A stretch of DNA of 32,000 nt, from assembly GCF_051307035.1 (NCBI RefSeq), contig NZ_CP195536.1, forward strand, positions 1,860,001 to 1,892,000, given 5' to 3'. The notes under the pieces are model-generated. The model had not been told where the DNA came from and did not search any database. It worked only from the letters and a program-made list of their open reading frames with translations. A program made the translations under genes and the position numbers. This DNA is from Psychrobacter sp. DM4 (GTDB taxonomy: Bacteria > Pseudomonadota > Gammaproteobacteria > Pseudomonadales > Moraxellaceae). Shown piece after piece: positions 9,025-17,451 of this stretch; positions within the stretch are counted from its first letter, which is position 1, and each line of letters begins with the position of its first letter.

Positions 9025-10068
9025 ATGAGTTACCCTATTATGACCTTTATCTCTACTCTACGTCTCAACCTATGCGCCGCCGCTATTGGCGCGCTTGGAG
9101 TGATCGGTTGCTCGAATACGGCAGACACCGCTGCCACTAAAGACAGTATAGAGAGTAAAAGTTTAGCCATCACTCAAATCGTTGAGCATCCCTCACTCGA
9201 TGAGATCCGGCGCGGTATATTAGATGAGCTGGCAGACCAAGGCTATACCGAAGGCGAGAATCTAAACATCAACTTTCAAAGCGCGCAGGGTAATCTTGCG
9301 ACCGCTGGACAAATTGCCAAGCAGTTCGCAGGAGATTTGCCCGACGCCATTGTTGCCATCTCTACACCTTCGGCGCAGTCCGTTGTCGCATCGACCAATA
9401 GCATACCTGTGATCTACACAGCGATATCTGACCCGCTAGGCGCTAGGCTGATTGACGAGAATAATGTTCCTACGCAGGACAATGTCACAGGGTTGTCAAG
9501 CCAGCTCCCTATTGAGCCGCCATTAGATCTCATTCAACAGATTGCCCCTGATGCCAAGACAATTGGATACGTCTATAGTCCAGGTGAAGCCAATTCAGTA
9601 AGCGTACTCAATCAACTCAAAAAAGCGGCGCCCGCGCGTGGACTTAGCATACTAGAGGTTGCCGCCAATCGCCCTACTGATGTGGCGATGGCGACGCGTA
9701 GCTTGGATGGTCGCGCAGATATCATTTATACCTCATTAGATAATAACGTCGTCTCAGCATTTGAGGCGATGGCAAACGCTGCCAATGAGCTTAAGATACC
9801 TATTATTGCTTCTGATGAATTTAGTGTTGCTCGCGGAGCGACCGCAGCGCTTGGTGTCAACGATTATGACTTTGGACGTACTACTGGCAAAATGGTATAC
9901 CGCGTACTTAATGGTGAAATGGTCAATACCATAAAACCAGAAGTCATGAATGAGCTTACTTTGTACGTTAGTCCCAAGCATGCCAAGGTGCAAGGCGTCA
10001 GTATACCCGCGGCGTTGCTCAAAGACGCCATCAATGTCGATACCCAAATGCCAATTAATGTCGAATAG
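9025..10068 (+). CDS. ABC transporter substrate-binding lipoprotein (ABC_sub_bind type), paralog 1
   Basis: Signal peptide with lipobox ..GVIGC. Family-typical blocks: IVEHPSLD, NFQSAQGN.ATAGQIAKQF, TPSAQSV, IYTS.DNNVVSA. Confidence 0.8.
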   Translation: MSYPIMTFISTLRLNLCAAAIGALGVIGCSNTADTAATKDSIESKSLAITQIVEHPSLDEIRRGILDELADQGYTEGENLNINFQSAQGNLATAGQIAKQFAGDLPDAIVAISTPSAQSVVASTNSIPVIYTAISDPLGARLIDENNVPTQDNVTGLSSQLPIEPPLDLIQQIAPDAKTIGYVYSPGEANSVSVLNQLKKAAPARGLSILEVAANRPTDVAMATRSLDGRADIIYTSLDNNVVSAFEAMANAANELKIPIIASDEFSVARGATAALGVNDYDFGRTTGKMVYRVLNGEMVNTIKPEVMNELTLYVSPKHAKVQGVSIPAALLKDAINVDTQMPINVE

Positions 10069-10201
10069 TTGACGTTTAATCGTTCAAACTACTTGTTTAA
10101 GCTAATCACTTAAAATCAGTATCATTAGTGGTTAATATAATTGATCTTTAATATTGTTTACAAATCGTACGGATACCCTTTTATTGTTAGGAGCAGCACC
10201 C

Positions 10202-11230
10202 ATGTTCAACCCAAATCGTTTTCGTAAAGCCGTAATGCTAGGCGGTCTTTGTACTGCTATCTTGACAGGCTGCAACCAAGCATCCACTGATGATCCTGAT
10301 ACTATTGATGGCGCAGCTGGTGGTGATACGACTCTACCAACCAAGACGGTCTCAATTACCGCAATCGTAGAGCATCCTGCACTTGATGATGTCCGTAAAG
10401 GCGTAATCGATGAATTGGCTGAACAAGGCTTTACTGAAGGCGAGAATCTAAGCGTTAATTTTCAAAGCGCGCAAGGCAATACCGCGACCGCAGGACAGAT
10501 CGCCAAGCAGTTCGTCGCTGATGAGTCGGATGTCATTGTCGCTATTGGTACGCCATCAGCGCAATCAGTGGCAGCGGCAACCAGCACTATTCCTTTAGTA
10601 TTTTCAGCGGTCACCGATCCTGTTGAAGCAAAATTAGTATCCAAGCTGGATGGTTCAGGCACTAACGTGACAGGGGGCTCAGATGCGCTCCCCTACGAGC
10701 CGCAAATTGATTTGATGCGTCAGATCATCCCCGGCCTCAAAAACGTCGGTTATGTCTATAGCCCAGGCGAGGTCAACTCGACCATTATTTTAAAGAATCT
10801 AAAAGAGAAGCTTGCGCCTATGGGCATCTCGGTACAAGAAGCGCCTGCAGCGCGTAGTAATGATATCGCTATGGCAGCCCGTAGCTTGGAGGGCCGCGTT
10901 GATATGATTTATACGTCAACGGACAATAATGTGGTCTCCGCTTATGAGTCGCTCTATCAAGTGGCAAGAGAAAGCAAAATTCCACTTATAGCCTCTGATA
11001 CGAGCTCTGTTGAGCGCGGCGCAATCGCAGCGCTTGGCGTTGATTACTATAGCTTAGGCCGTGAGACGGGCAAAATTGTTAGTCGTATTTTAAACGGCGA
11101 AAAAGCAGGCGATATTCCTGTTTACACTCCGCAGAAGCTTGACCTATATGTCAGTCCAAAAAATGCCGAGGAGCAAGGCGTAACTTTGCCACAAGCGGTT
11201 ATTGATAATGCTAAAGAAGTGGTAGAATAG
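10202..11230 (+). CDS. ABC transporter substrate-binding lipoprotein (ABC_sub_bind type), paralog 2
   Basis: ATG 10202 is preceded by AGGAG (10189-10193). Lipobox ILTGC. It shares the same conserved blocks as paralog 1. The six-frame ORF extends to 10154. Confidence 0.8.
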   Translation: MFNPNRFRKAVMLGGLCTAILTGCNQASTDDPDTIDGAAGGDTTLPTKTVSITAIVEHPALDDVRKGVIDELAEQGFTEGENLSVNFQSAQGNTATAGQIAKQFVADESDVIVAIGTPSAQSVAAATSTIPLVFSAVTDPVEAKLVSKLDGSGTNVTGGSDALPYEPQIDLMRQIIPGLKNVGYVYSPGEVNSTIILKNLKEKLAPMGISVQEAPAARSNDIAMAARSLEGRVDMIYTSTDNNVVSAYESLYQVARESKIPLIASDTSSVERGAIAALGVDYYSLGRETGKIVSRILNGEKAGDIPVYTPQKLDLYVSPKNAEEQGVTLPQAVIDNAKEVVE

Positions 11231-11262
11231 TATTATAATTGCTTTTAGATAATAAGAGTGCA

Positions 11263-11311
11263 AACAACCCAGCTAAGCCATTTAAAATTGGAACTCGCTG
11301 GGTTGTTTTTT
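11263..11311 (+). terminator. Intrinsic terminator between the binding-protein genes and the permease gene
   Basis: AACAACCCAGC (11263-11273) pairs with GCTGGGTTGTT (11297-11307), followed by a T-run. Confidence 0.7.
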
Positions 11312-11373
11312 AATCTCTAAAAATGTGCGCCGCGTTTTACGGTAAGATTTGTTATGTAGCATCAGACGTCTCG

Positions 11374-11389
11374 CAGATTATTTAATCTG
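11374..11389. promoter_or_regulatory. 16-bp palindrome CAGATTA-TT-TAATCTG upstream of the permease gene
   Basis: Read directly. It lies between the 11263-11311 terminator and ATG 11457. An AGACGTCT palindrome sits just upstream at 11364-11371. Confidence 0.3.
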
Positions 11390-11456
11390 TTCCATTCACC
11401 GCTTAGCTGTTGTTGGTCGTTATAGGCAACGCTTGGTTATGACTTATTGATTTCTT

Positions 11457-12356
11457 ATGTCTTTAATTGCCTTTTTTGGTGCGCTTGAGAGTGGTCTTAT
11501 TTATGGCCTTGTCGCCCTTGGTGTACTCATCTCATTTCGTACGCTTGATTTCCCTGATCTGACTGCTGACGGTAGTTTTCCACTGGGCGGCGCTGTCGCT
11601 GGCATCTCTATCGTCGCCGGTATCAATCCTTGGATTGCCTGCGCTTTTGGTATGCTCGCAGGATCAATAGCAGGCATTGTCACCGCTTGGCTCCATGTCA
11701 AACTTGGCATCTTGCAATTGCTCGCCAGTATCTTAGTCATGGTAGCGCTATATTCGGTCAATCTGCGAATCATGGGCGCACCAAACCTACCGCTCTTGGG
11801 TGAGACAACAGTATTTAGCTCACTTGTGACCAATGACAATGGTTTTTGGATGCGCTGTTTAATTATCGGGGCTGTCGTTTTGGTCGCCAAATTATTTTTG
11901 GACTGGTTCTATAGCACTGAGTCAGGTTTATCGATGCGCGCGACAGGATCAAACCTACGTATGGCGCAAGCCCAAGGCATCAATACCTCATGGATGACCA
12001 TCATCGGTATGGCGATATCGAACGGCTTAATTGCGCTCGCAGGCGCGTTATTCGTGCAGACACAAGGCGGCGCTGATATCTCTATCGGTATCGGTACTAT
12101 CGTCATCGGTCTGGCTGCGGTCATCATTGGTGAGACGATTATTCCAGCTAAGCGTATTTGGCTGATCACCTTTGCGGTGATCGTCGGTGCGATACTCTAC
12201 AAGCTCTTTATCCAAGTAGCATTATCAAGTGATACGCTGCGTAGTATCGGCTTTGGCCCGCAGGATCTAAACCTGATTACTGCGCTACTTGTGGTATTGG
12301 CACTGGTATTACCCAAGGCCAAAACTAAGTTTTTGACTCGTAAAGTAAGAGCTTAA
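11457..12356 (+). CDS. ABC transporter permease (partner of ABC_sub_bind systems)
   Basis: 299 aa, about 8 hydrophobic segments, operon context. Confidence 0.8.
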   Translation: MSLIAFFGALESGLIYGLVALGVLISFRTLDFPDLTADGSFPLGGAVAGISIVAGINPWIACAFGMLAGSIAGIVTAWLHVKLGILQLLASILVMVALYSVNLRIMGAPNLPLLGETTVFSSLVTNDNGFWMRCLIIGAVVLVAKLFLDWFYSTESGLSMRATGSNLRMAQAQGINTSWMTIIGMAISNGLIALAGALFVQTQGGADISIGIGTIVIGLAAVIIGETIIPAKRIWLITFAVIVGAILYKLFIQVALSSDTLRSIGFGPQDLNLITALLVVLALVLPKAKTKFLTRKVRA

Positions 12357-12374
12357 TACTTTTTACTATCCTCT

Positions 12375-12408
12375 GTACTTAGTATAAGCCTTCGTACTTA
12401 GTATAAGC
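12375..12408. repeat. Perfect 15-bp direct repeat GTACTTAGTATAAGC x2, period 19
   Basis: Read directly at 12375-12389 and 12394-12408, in the permease-ATPase spacer. Confidence 0.85.
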
Positions 12409-12443
12409 ACATGGGCAATGAGCCAACATAAGGAATAACGATT

Positions 12444-13238
12444 ATGATGCAAGCTAATGATTTGCGCTTGACCTTTAATCCAGGCACTCCTATCGAAAAT
12501 CCAGCACTACGCGGTATCAATTTGAACATCGCTGATGGTGAGTTTGTCACCGTTATCGGTACTAATGGCGCGGGCAAATCGACATTTTTAAATGCGGTTA
12601 GCGGTACCACTCGCGTCGATAGCGGCTCTATAGTGCTAAATGGTATCGATGTCACCAAAAAAAGTGCACACGAGCGAGCGCATTGGGTCGCTCGTGTTTT
12701 TCAAGACCCGATGGCGGGCACGTGTGAAGCTTTGACTATTGAAGAGAACATGGCACTCGCTTATAAGCGCGGCGGCAAACGTGGTTTGAGCTTTGCCCTC
12801 AACCCAAATAATCGTGACTTATTCCGTGAAAAACTATCGGTGCTAAAGCTTGGGTTAGAGAATCGTTTAACTGACCGTATGGGTCTCTTATCAGGTGGTC
12901 AGCGCCAAGCTGTTAGCTTGCTCATGGCTTCCTTGCAACCCTCCAAAATTCTACTATTAGATGAGCATACCGCTGCTCTTGACCCAAAGACTGCGGCTTT
13001 TGTTTTGGAATTGACAGACAAAATTGTGACAGACAACAACCTTACCACTATGATGGTCACCCACTCCATGCAGCAGGCCTTGGCTCATGGTACACGCACC
13101 GTAATGCTACATCAGGGTCAAGTCGTGCTCGATGTCGCAGGTGACGTACGTAAAGGAATGACCGTGCACGACTTGCTCGACATGTTTGAGCAAACGCGCG
13201 GCGAAAAGGTTGATGATGATAGTTTGATTTTGAGTTAA
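12444..13238 (+). CDS. ABC transporter ATP-binding protein
   Basis: Walker A GTNGAGKST, signature LSGGQRQ, Walker B ILLLDEHTAALD, H-loop MVTHSM. Confidence 0.88.
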   Translation: MMQANDLRLTFNPGTPIENPALRGINLNIADGEFVTVIGTNGAGKSTFLNAVSGTTRVDSGSIVLNGIDVTKKSAHERAHWVARVFQDPMAGTCEALTIEENMALAYKRGGKRGLSFALNPNNRDLFREKLSVLKLGLENRLTDRMGLLSGGQRQAVSLLMASLQPSKILLLDEHTAALDPKTAAFVLELTDKIVTDNNLTTMMVTHSMQQALAHGTRTVMLHQGQVVLDVAGDVRKGMTVHDLLDMFEQTRGEKVDDDSLILS

Positions 13239-13275
13239 AACAGCTTCATTAGTGCTGATATAACCTCATCTATAA

Positions 13276-13308
13276 AAACCTCAAGTGCTGAATGCTTTGA
13301 GGTTTTTT
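13276..13308 (+). terminator. Intrinsic terminator of the ABC operon
   Basis: AAACCTCAA (13276-13284) pairs with TTGAGGTTT (13297-13305) and is followed by T's. Confidence 0.75.
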
Positions 13309-13375
13309 GTTAATAATAGATTTTTTTGGCAACGGTACATGGATATAAGATCGATAAATTTGAGAATGTACGCTT

Positions 13376-13407
13376 AATAGGTTACTCTTGTCACGCAAAT
13401 AGGTTAC
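13376..13407. repeat. Direct repeat AATAGGTTAC x2, period 22
   Basis: Read directly at 13376-13385 and 13398-13407, in the long spacer upstream of the SSS symporter. Confidence 0.8.
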
Positions 13408-13824
13408 AGATCCTTAACACAACAAAATCTGTTTACAATCTAGAAATCCATTTGATTACTATCAAAACAGTAAATCATCTCTAGTGAGTGCTCATGCACT
13501 CCTTGTTTATGACAGCTGATATAAGCTGTATCGGCATAGGTTGCGGTATCTTTTATATCTACCTTTGCGCTGTAAAGGCTTGCCATACACGCAAAGCCTA
13601 GCCATTACTATCACATAATTGTTGCTCTATAGCGTATATGGTTAATCCATTAACAGACGTCTATCTAGAGTGACCTCTATTGTTTTTATAACTTATGTAT
13701 CACTATGACTTGAAGCACAGCTTCGAGCAATTGTGCATGGGCTCTATAGGCAATATCGTATTCCAAAATGTTAGGTTTTTACATTTTTTAAATAACTTTT
13801 ATTTACTTATAACAATTGCGAGGT

Positions 13825-15495
13825 ATGAGCTTGAAAACTGAGTCATTGTTTCAATTTTCATCATTAACCGTCGTTTTATTACTGCTAGCGTTTTATGGTG
13901 GTACTTACTTATTGTCTTTACTCATCAAAAAAGACAAAGAATCGACTACTGGCTTCATGGTTGCAGGTCACGGTGTTGGGTTCGGCATGGGCGCTGCTAG
14001 TATGACCGCTACGTGGATTTGGGCGGCGTCTTTCTATGCTGCGGCCACATCTGGCTACAAATACGGCGTATCAGGTCCCATACATTATGGGTTTTGGGGT
14101 GCATTGATGATTTTGTTCATCTATCCCTTTGGTATGCGCTTTCGTGAACTTGCGCCTAACGGTCATACACTAGGTGAACTTATTCACGCCCGCCATGGCT
14201 CATCAAGCCAATTAATTTTAGCCCTATCCAACATTATGGGCAGCTTAATTAGCTTGATGGTCAACTTTACCGCAGCAGGCGCGCTGGTATCTGTATTATC
14301 ACCATTATCGTTCCAAACTGGGGTTATCATCGCAGGCGTGGGCGTTCTCAGTTATACCTTAACCTCTGGTTTTCGAGCCTCAGTCTTTACCGATTTTGCT
14401 CAACTAGTTGCTTTGATGGCGATTGGTGTAGTTATCATCCCAGCTGTCTTGTTCTCTATGGGTGGTCCTGAAGTCATGGTGAGCGGTCTATCGAACTTGA
14501 CTTTAGAGCAACAAGACTTCTTTTCATCCGAAGCCTTTTTGCAACAAGGCGCACCTTTTTTCGTCGCTGTATTGGCTTATGCTATCGGTAATCAGACGAT
14601 CACTCAGCGTTTATTCGCGATTGATAAAACCAAGATCAAAGCGACCTTTATTACTGCCACCGTAGGCTATGCTGGTATCGTAATCGGTCTTGGTATGATA
14701 GGTCTGATGGCGTTGACTATTGGTGTTGAACCCCTCGATGGCAATATGAATAACTTGATTCCGCAAATGGTTAGTATGTACTTGCATCCAGTGTTTATTG
14801 CGCTGTTCTTTATCTTGGTTATTGGCTCGTTATCTTCGACCGCTGACTCAGATTTATCCGCGCTGTCGACTATTATGATGGCAGATGTCTATGCCAAAAA
14901 CATCGCCAAGAAAGGCGGCATTAAACCCAAAACGATGATGCTTGTCGGTCGTGGTACGATGATCATCGCGACGGCTGCGGGACTCATTTTTGCAAGCTTC
15001 AAGCTTGACATCCTTGTGATGCTCGTATTTGTTGGCGCATTATGGGGCGCAGTTGTATTTCCTGTTATCGCTAGCGTGTACTGGAATCGCGTCACCAACC
15101 TAGCCTTTACCGCAGCGGTCCTTGTGGCACTCCTGTTTTTCTGTATCGCCCGTTTTGAGCTTGTGTCTATTACTGGGGTTACCGCCCTATTCTTTGAAGT
15201 TATGGCAAGCGTTGGTGCAGCGGTAGTCATTGGTCTGATGGTTTTTGGTTTCTTAGGTCGCAAGATTGGTATGGGCGCAGCGGCGATCACTTTTATCTTG
15301 ATGCTGATATTTGCAACAGGGTTCTTGCGTGATTATATGGTACTACTTGCCTCTTTAACGGCTTACGGTGTCAGTACCGTTGTTTGTACTATCATTAGCC
15401 TGATGAGTAATGAGCGCTTTGACTTTAATTTGATTAAAGAGCGTGTTGGTGATTATGACAAAAAAGCCAAAGTGCAACCTACACCAAAGATTTAA
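13825..15495 (+). CDS. Sodium:solute symporter (SSS) family transporter, DUR3-like flavour, substrate unknown
   Basis: About 556 aa with about 14 hydrophobic segments. MTATWIWAASFY and GNQTITQRLFA are SSS-type blocks. ATG 13825 is preferred over TTG 13816. Confidence 0.85.
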   Translation: MSLKTESLFQFSSLTVVLLLLAFYGGTYLLSLLIKKDKESTTGFMVAGHGVGFGMGAASMTATWIWAASFYAAATSGYKYGVSGPIHYGFWGALMILFIYPFGMRFRELAPNGHTLGELIHARHGSSSQLILALSNIMGSLISLMVNFTAAGALVSVLSPLSFQTGVIIAGVGVLSYTLTSGFRASVFTDFAQLVALMAIGVVIIPAVLFSMGGPEVMVSGLSNLTLEQQDFFSSEAFLQQGAPFFVAVLAYAIGNQTITQRLFAIDKTKIKATFITATVGYAGIVIGLGMIGLMALTIGVEPLDGNMNNLIPQMVSMYLHPVFIALFFILVIGSLSSTADSDLSALSTIMMADVYAKNIAKKGGIKPKTMMLVGRGTMIIATAAGLIFASFKLDILVMLVFVGALWGAVVFPVIASVYWNRVTNLAFTAAVLVALLFFCIARFELVSITGVTALFFEVMASVGAAVVIGLMVFGFLGRKIGMGAAAITFILMLIFATGFLRDYMVLLASLTAYGVSTVVCTIISLMSNERFDFNLIKERVGDYDKKAKVQPTPKI

Positions 15496-15572
15496 CGAAA
15501 GTGACGGCTAGAGTATGAATGCTAGTCATTTATGTAATAGCCGTTATTCATTAGTGAATAGGAGAAGATAGT

Positions 15573-15707
15573 ATGGATAGCACTTTACTCTATGGACTTT
15601 ATATTTTGATATGGCCTGCGATTACGCTTGGGGTGCTAGTACTTATATGCACCGCAACCTATCGCGATATCAAAAAAGCTCAGCGCAATAATAAAGATAT
15701 TATCTAG
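15573..15707 (+). CDS. Unannotated 44-aa single-TM protein, candidate symporter small subunit
   Basis: AGGAG (15560-15564) lies 8 nt before ATG 15573. Sequence: MDSTLLYGLYILIWPAITLGVLVLICTATYRDIKKAQRNNKDII. It has one hydrophobic helix and a basic tail. It starts 77 bp after the symporter stop. It falls below the 60-aa cutoff of the ORF track. Confidence 0.5.
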   Translation: MDSTLLYGLYILIWPAITLGVLVLICTATYRDIKKAQRNNKDII

Positions 15708-15808
15708 CCGCTAAAGCAAAGCGCTATGTATCTTTGTATTTATAAGTCGTCATTGGGCATTGACTTGGCATTGATTAATAAATAACAGGCCTTTAGCCAA
15801 AAAATAGC

Positions 15809-15836
15809 TTGTAATTTAAATTAGTTTTGCTAATAT
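15809..15836 (+). promoter_or_regulatory. Sigma70-like promoter for tRNA-Cys
   Basis: TTGTAA, 16-bp spacer, TAATAT. The -10 element ends 14 nt before the mature tRNA 5' end. Confidence 0.45.
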
Positions 15837-15850
15837 AGTTCACCTTGAGT

Positions 15851-15924
15851 GGCTGGGTAGCACAGTGGTTATGCAGCGGATTGCAAATCCGTAGACGCCG
15901 GTTCGATTCCGACCCCAGCCTCCA
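15851..15924 (+). tRNA. cysT: tRNA-Cys (GCA)
   Basis: Cloverleaf folded by hand. Acceptor GGCTGGG/CCCAGCC, anticodon arm GCGGA-TTGCAAA-TCCGT, T-loop TTCGATT, encoded CCA. It is near-collinear with E. coli tRNA-Cys. The T-stem has one C.A mismatch (GCCGG/CCGAC). Confidence 0.93.
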
Positions 15925-15966
15925 TTTATTTTGCTCACTGTTTATAAGATTTGCATTAATTTTGGC

Positions 15967-15994
15967 TTGCATTCTTAATTCAACGGCTTATAAT
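15967..15994 (+). promoter_or_regulatory. Sigma70-like promoter inside the tRNA spacer
   Basis: TTGCAT (15967-15972), 16-bp spacer, consensus TATAAT (15989-15994). Confidence 0.5.
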
Positions 15995-16060
15995 AGCGAG
16001 CACTTATCTAGTCATCAGATGGTCTATCAACTGGTTGACGTTATAGATAAAATAAGTTTT

Positions 16061-16147
16061 GCCCGGGTGGTGAAATTGGTAGACACAAGGGATTTAAAAT
16101 CCCTCGCTAGCAATAGCGTGCCGGTTCAAGTCCGGCTCCGGGTACCA
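16061..16147 (+). tRNA. leuZ: tRNA-Leu (TAA), class II with long variable arm
   Basis: Acceptor GCCCGGG/CCCGGGT, anticodon arm AGGGA-TTTAAAA-TCCCT, variable arm CGCTAGCAATAGCG, T-arm CCGGTTCAAGTCCGG, encoded CCA. Confidence 0.95.
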
Positions 16148-16164
16148 TTATAGTAATATTGGAA

Positions 16165-16199
16165 ACACCACAAATCGTTATGGTTTGTGGTGTCTTTTC
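16165..16199. terminator. Intrinsic terminator after the tRNA pair; may also serve the convergent carboxypeptidase gene
   Basis: ACACCACAAA (16165-16174) pairs with TTTGTGGTGT (16184-16193), followed by CTTTTC. Confidence 0.7.
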
Positions 16200-16227
16200 A
16201 TGTCTTTTTTAATATTTTTTAACCTCA

Positions 16228-17451
16228 CTACTGCCACAACCCCTCAACATGAATAGCATCAGCCTGAATAGTAGGATAATCTGAAAAACTTAGCTGATAG
16301 CCGCCAGTATCATTTGGACGAATCTCACATTTAGCTCCCAATGGAAAGCTGTGCTTTTTAGCGATATGTCCGAAGGTCATACCACTATAGATAGGTAGAC
16401 CTGTGAGCTTATGTAGCTGACGTATTACTGTAGCGACATCATAACGCTTATCGTAGCTATCCTCACCTGCGCTCGAAAGCGGACCAAATATAATCGCCTG
16501 CTGATCCTTGAACACGCCTGCTAAGTAAAGATCATAGAGCATACGCTCGATGCGATAAGGTTGTTCGCCCACATCTTCTAAGAACACAATGCCGCCGTCA
16601 ATACGTGGTAGATATTTGCTACCTGCTAGCGATGACACCACACTGAGATTACCGCCCCATACGATGCCAGTCAGTATCTGACTATCGTTGGTTGCCAAGA
16701 TAGTCGGAAGATTGTCACTGGTTAACGCAGCGCTAGTGATATCTATACTCAGGTTAGGGTTGCTAAGCGCTTCGGCAAACTGACGACAGCTGACTTGATC
16801 AGGTGCTATTTTGCCAAATTCGCTATAGAGCATAGGTCCTGCCAGCGAGCTCATCCCACCTTTTGCCAACAGCGCGCACTGGATAGCGGTGACATCGCTA
16901 AATCCTACGAGGATCGTACCGCGCGCGCTCATTACGCGACCCAGTGTTTCCCAATCAATCATAGGTAGCACTCGCACTGCACCATAGCCACCGCGCACCC
17001 CTATTAGCAATTTGGGCGCTACAATTGCTCCCGTAGCAATGTTCTGTAAGTCGCTGGCGCGCTGAGCATCCGTACCAGCAAAACGCAAATACTGCCGGCT
17101 AACGATGTCAGGATTATCGACTCTAAAACCAGCACAAACCAATCGCTCTAATCCCAACTCATTACGCTCGTCACTACCGCCAACATTAGAGCTGGCGAAT
17201 AGTCGCGTCTCAATATTTGGGGTTTTACAGCTAGTAGATGAGACTACAGTCTGCATTGAGATGCTATTAGTAATAGCTGAAGTTAACAAATCATCCTTGG
17301 TAAAAGGACTATCATCGACAGCACTAGTAGCGCGACCCGTATTCGTTAGTGTATCGGCCATACTTGGACTTGCCAGCACACTAGCACTTGCTCCTAGCGC
17401 CAAATCACGCAAAAATCGACGACGACTGACTTCAGAGAATATCTTGGGCAT
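16228..17451 (-). CDS. LD-carboxypeptidase (peptidase S66) with twin-arginine signal peptide
   Basis: The N-terminus SRRRFLRDLALGASASVLASPSMA is a Tat motif followed by an AxA-like cleavage site. The S66 nucleophile block is VGFSDVTAIQ, and FGHI near the C-terminus supplies the His. Confidence 0.8.
   Translation of the reverse strand: MPKIFSEVSRRRFLRDLALGASASVLASPSMADTLTNTGRATSAVDDSPFTKDDLLTSAITNSISMQTVVSSTSCKTPNIETRLFASSNVGGSDERNELGLERLVCAGFRVDNPDIVSRQYLRFAGTDAQRASDLQNIATGAIVAPKLLIGVRGGYGAVRVLPMIDWETLGRVMSARGTILVGFSDVTAIQCALLAKGGMSSLAGPMLYSEFGKIAPDQVSCRQFAEALSNPNLSIDITSAALTSDNLPTILATNDSQILTGIVWGGNLSVVSSLAGSKYLPRIDGGIVFLEDVGEQPYRIERMLYDLYLAGVFKDQQAIIFGPLSSAGEDSYDKRYDVATVIRQLHKLTGLPIYSGMTFGHIAKKHSFPLGAKCEIRPNDTGGYQLSFSDYPTIQADAIHVEGLWQ

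Noticed and set aside
11501-12169. Minus-strand ORFs of 129 and 86 aa inside the ABC permease. The same pattern occurs at 14889-15290 in the symporter and at 30787-31692 in the BCCT gene.
   Set aside because: These are typical antisense open frames of codon-biased membrane-protein genes. They are rich in Ala, Pro, Thr and Ser and lack start contexts.
13494-13601. 35-aa ORF (MHSLFMTADISCIGIGCGIFYIYLCAVKACHTRKA) in the symporter leader
   Set aside because: It has no SD, a Cys-rich improbable composition, and a start embedded in a palindrome. I treat it as chance unless ribosome profiling says otherwise.
11364-13662. Two exact AGACGTCT octamers (11364-11371 and 13655-13662) matching the MetJ-box consensus
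   Set aside because: MetJ needs tandem boxes and both sites are single. They sit by non-methionine genes, and two hits of an 8-mer palindrome in 32 kb is near chance. I also doubt this lineage encodes MetJ.
15845-16153. 102-aa ORF spanning both tRNA genes
   Set aside because: It is fully explained by tRNA-Cys, the spacer and tRNA-Leu, so the ORF is an artefact.
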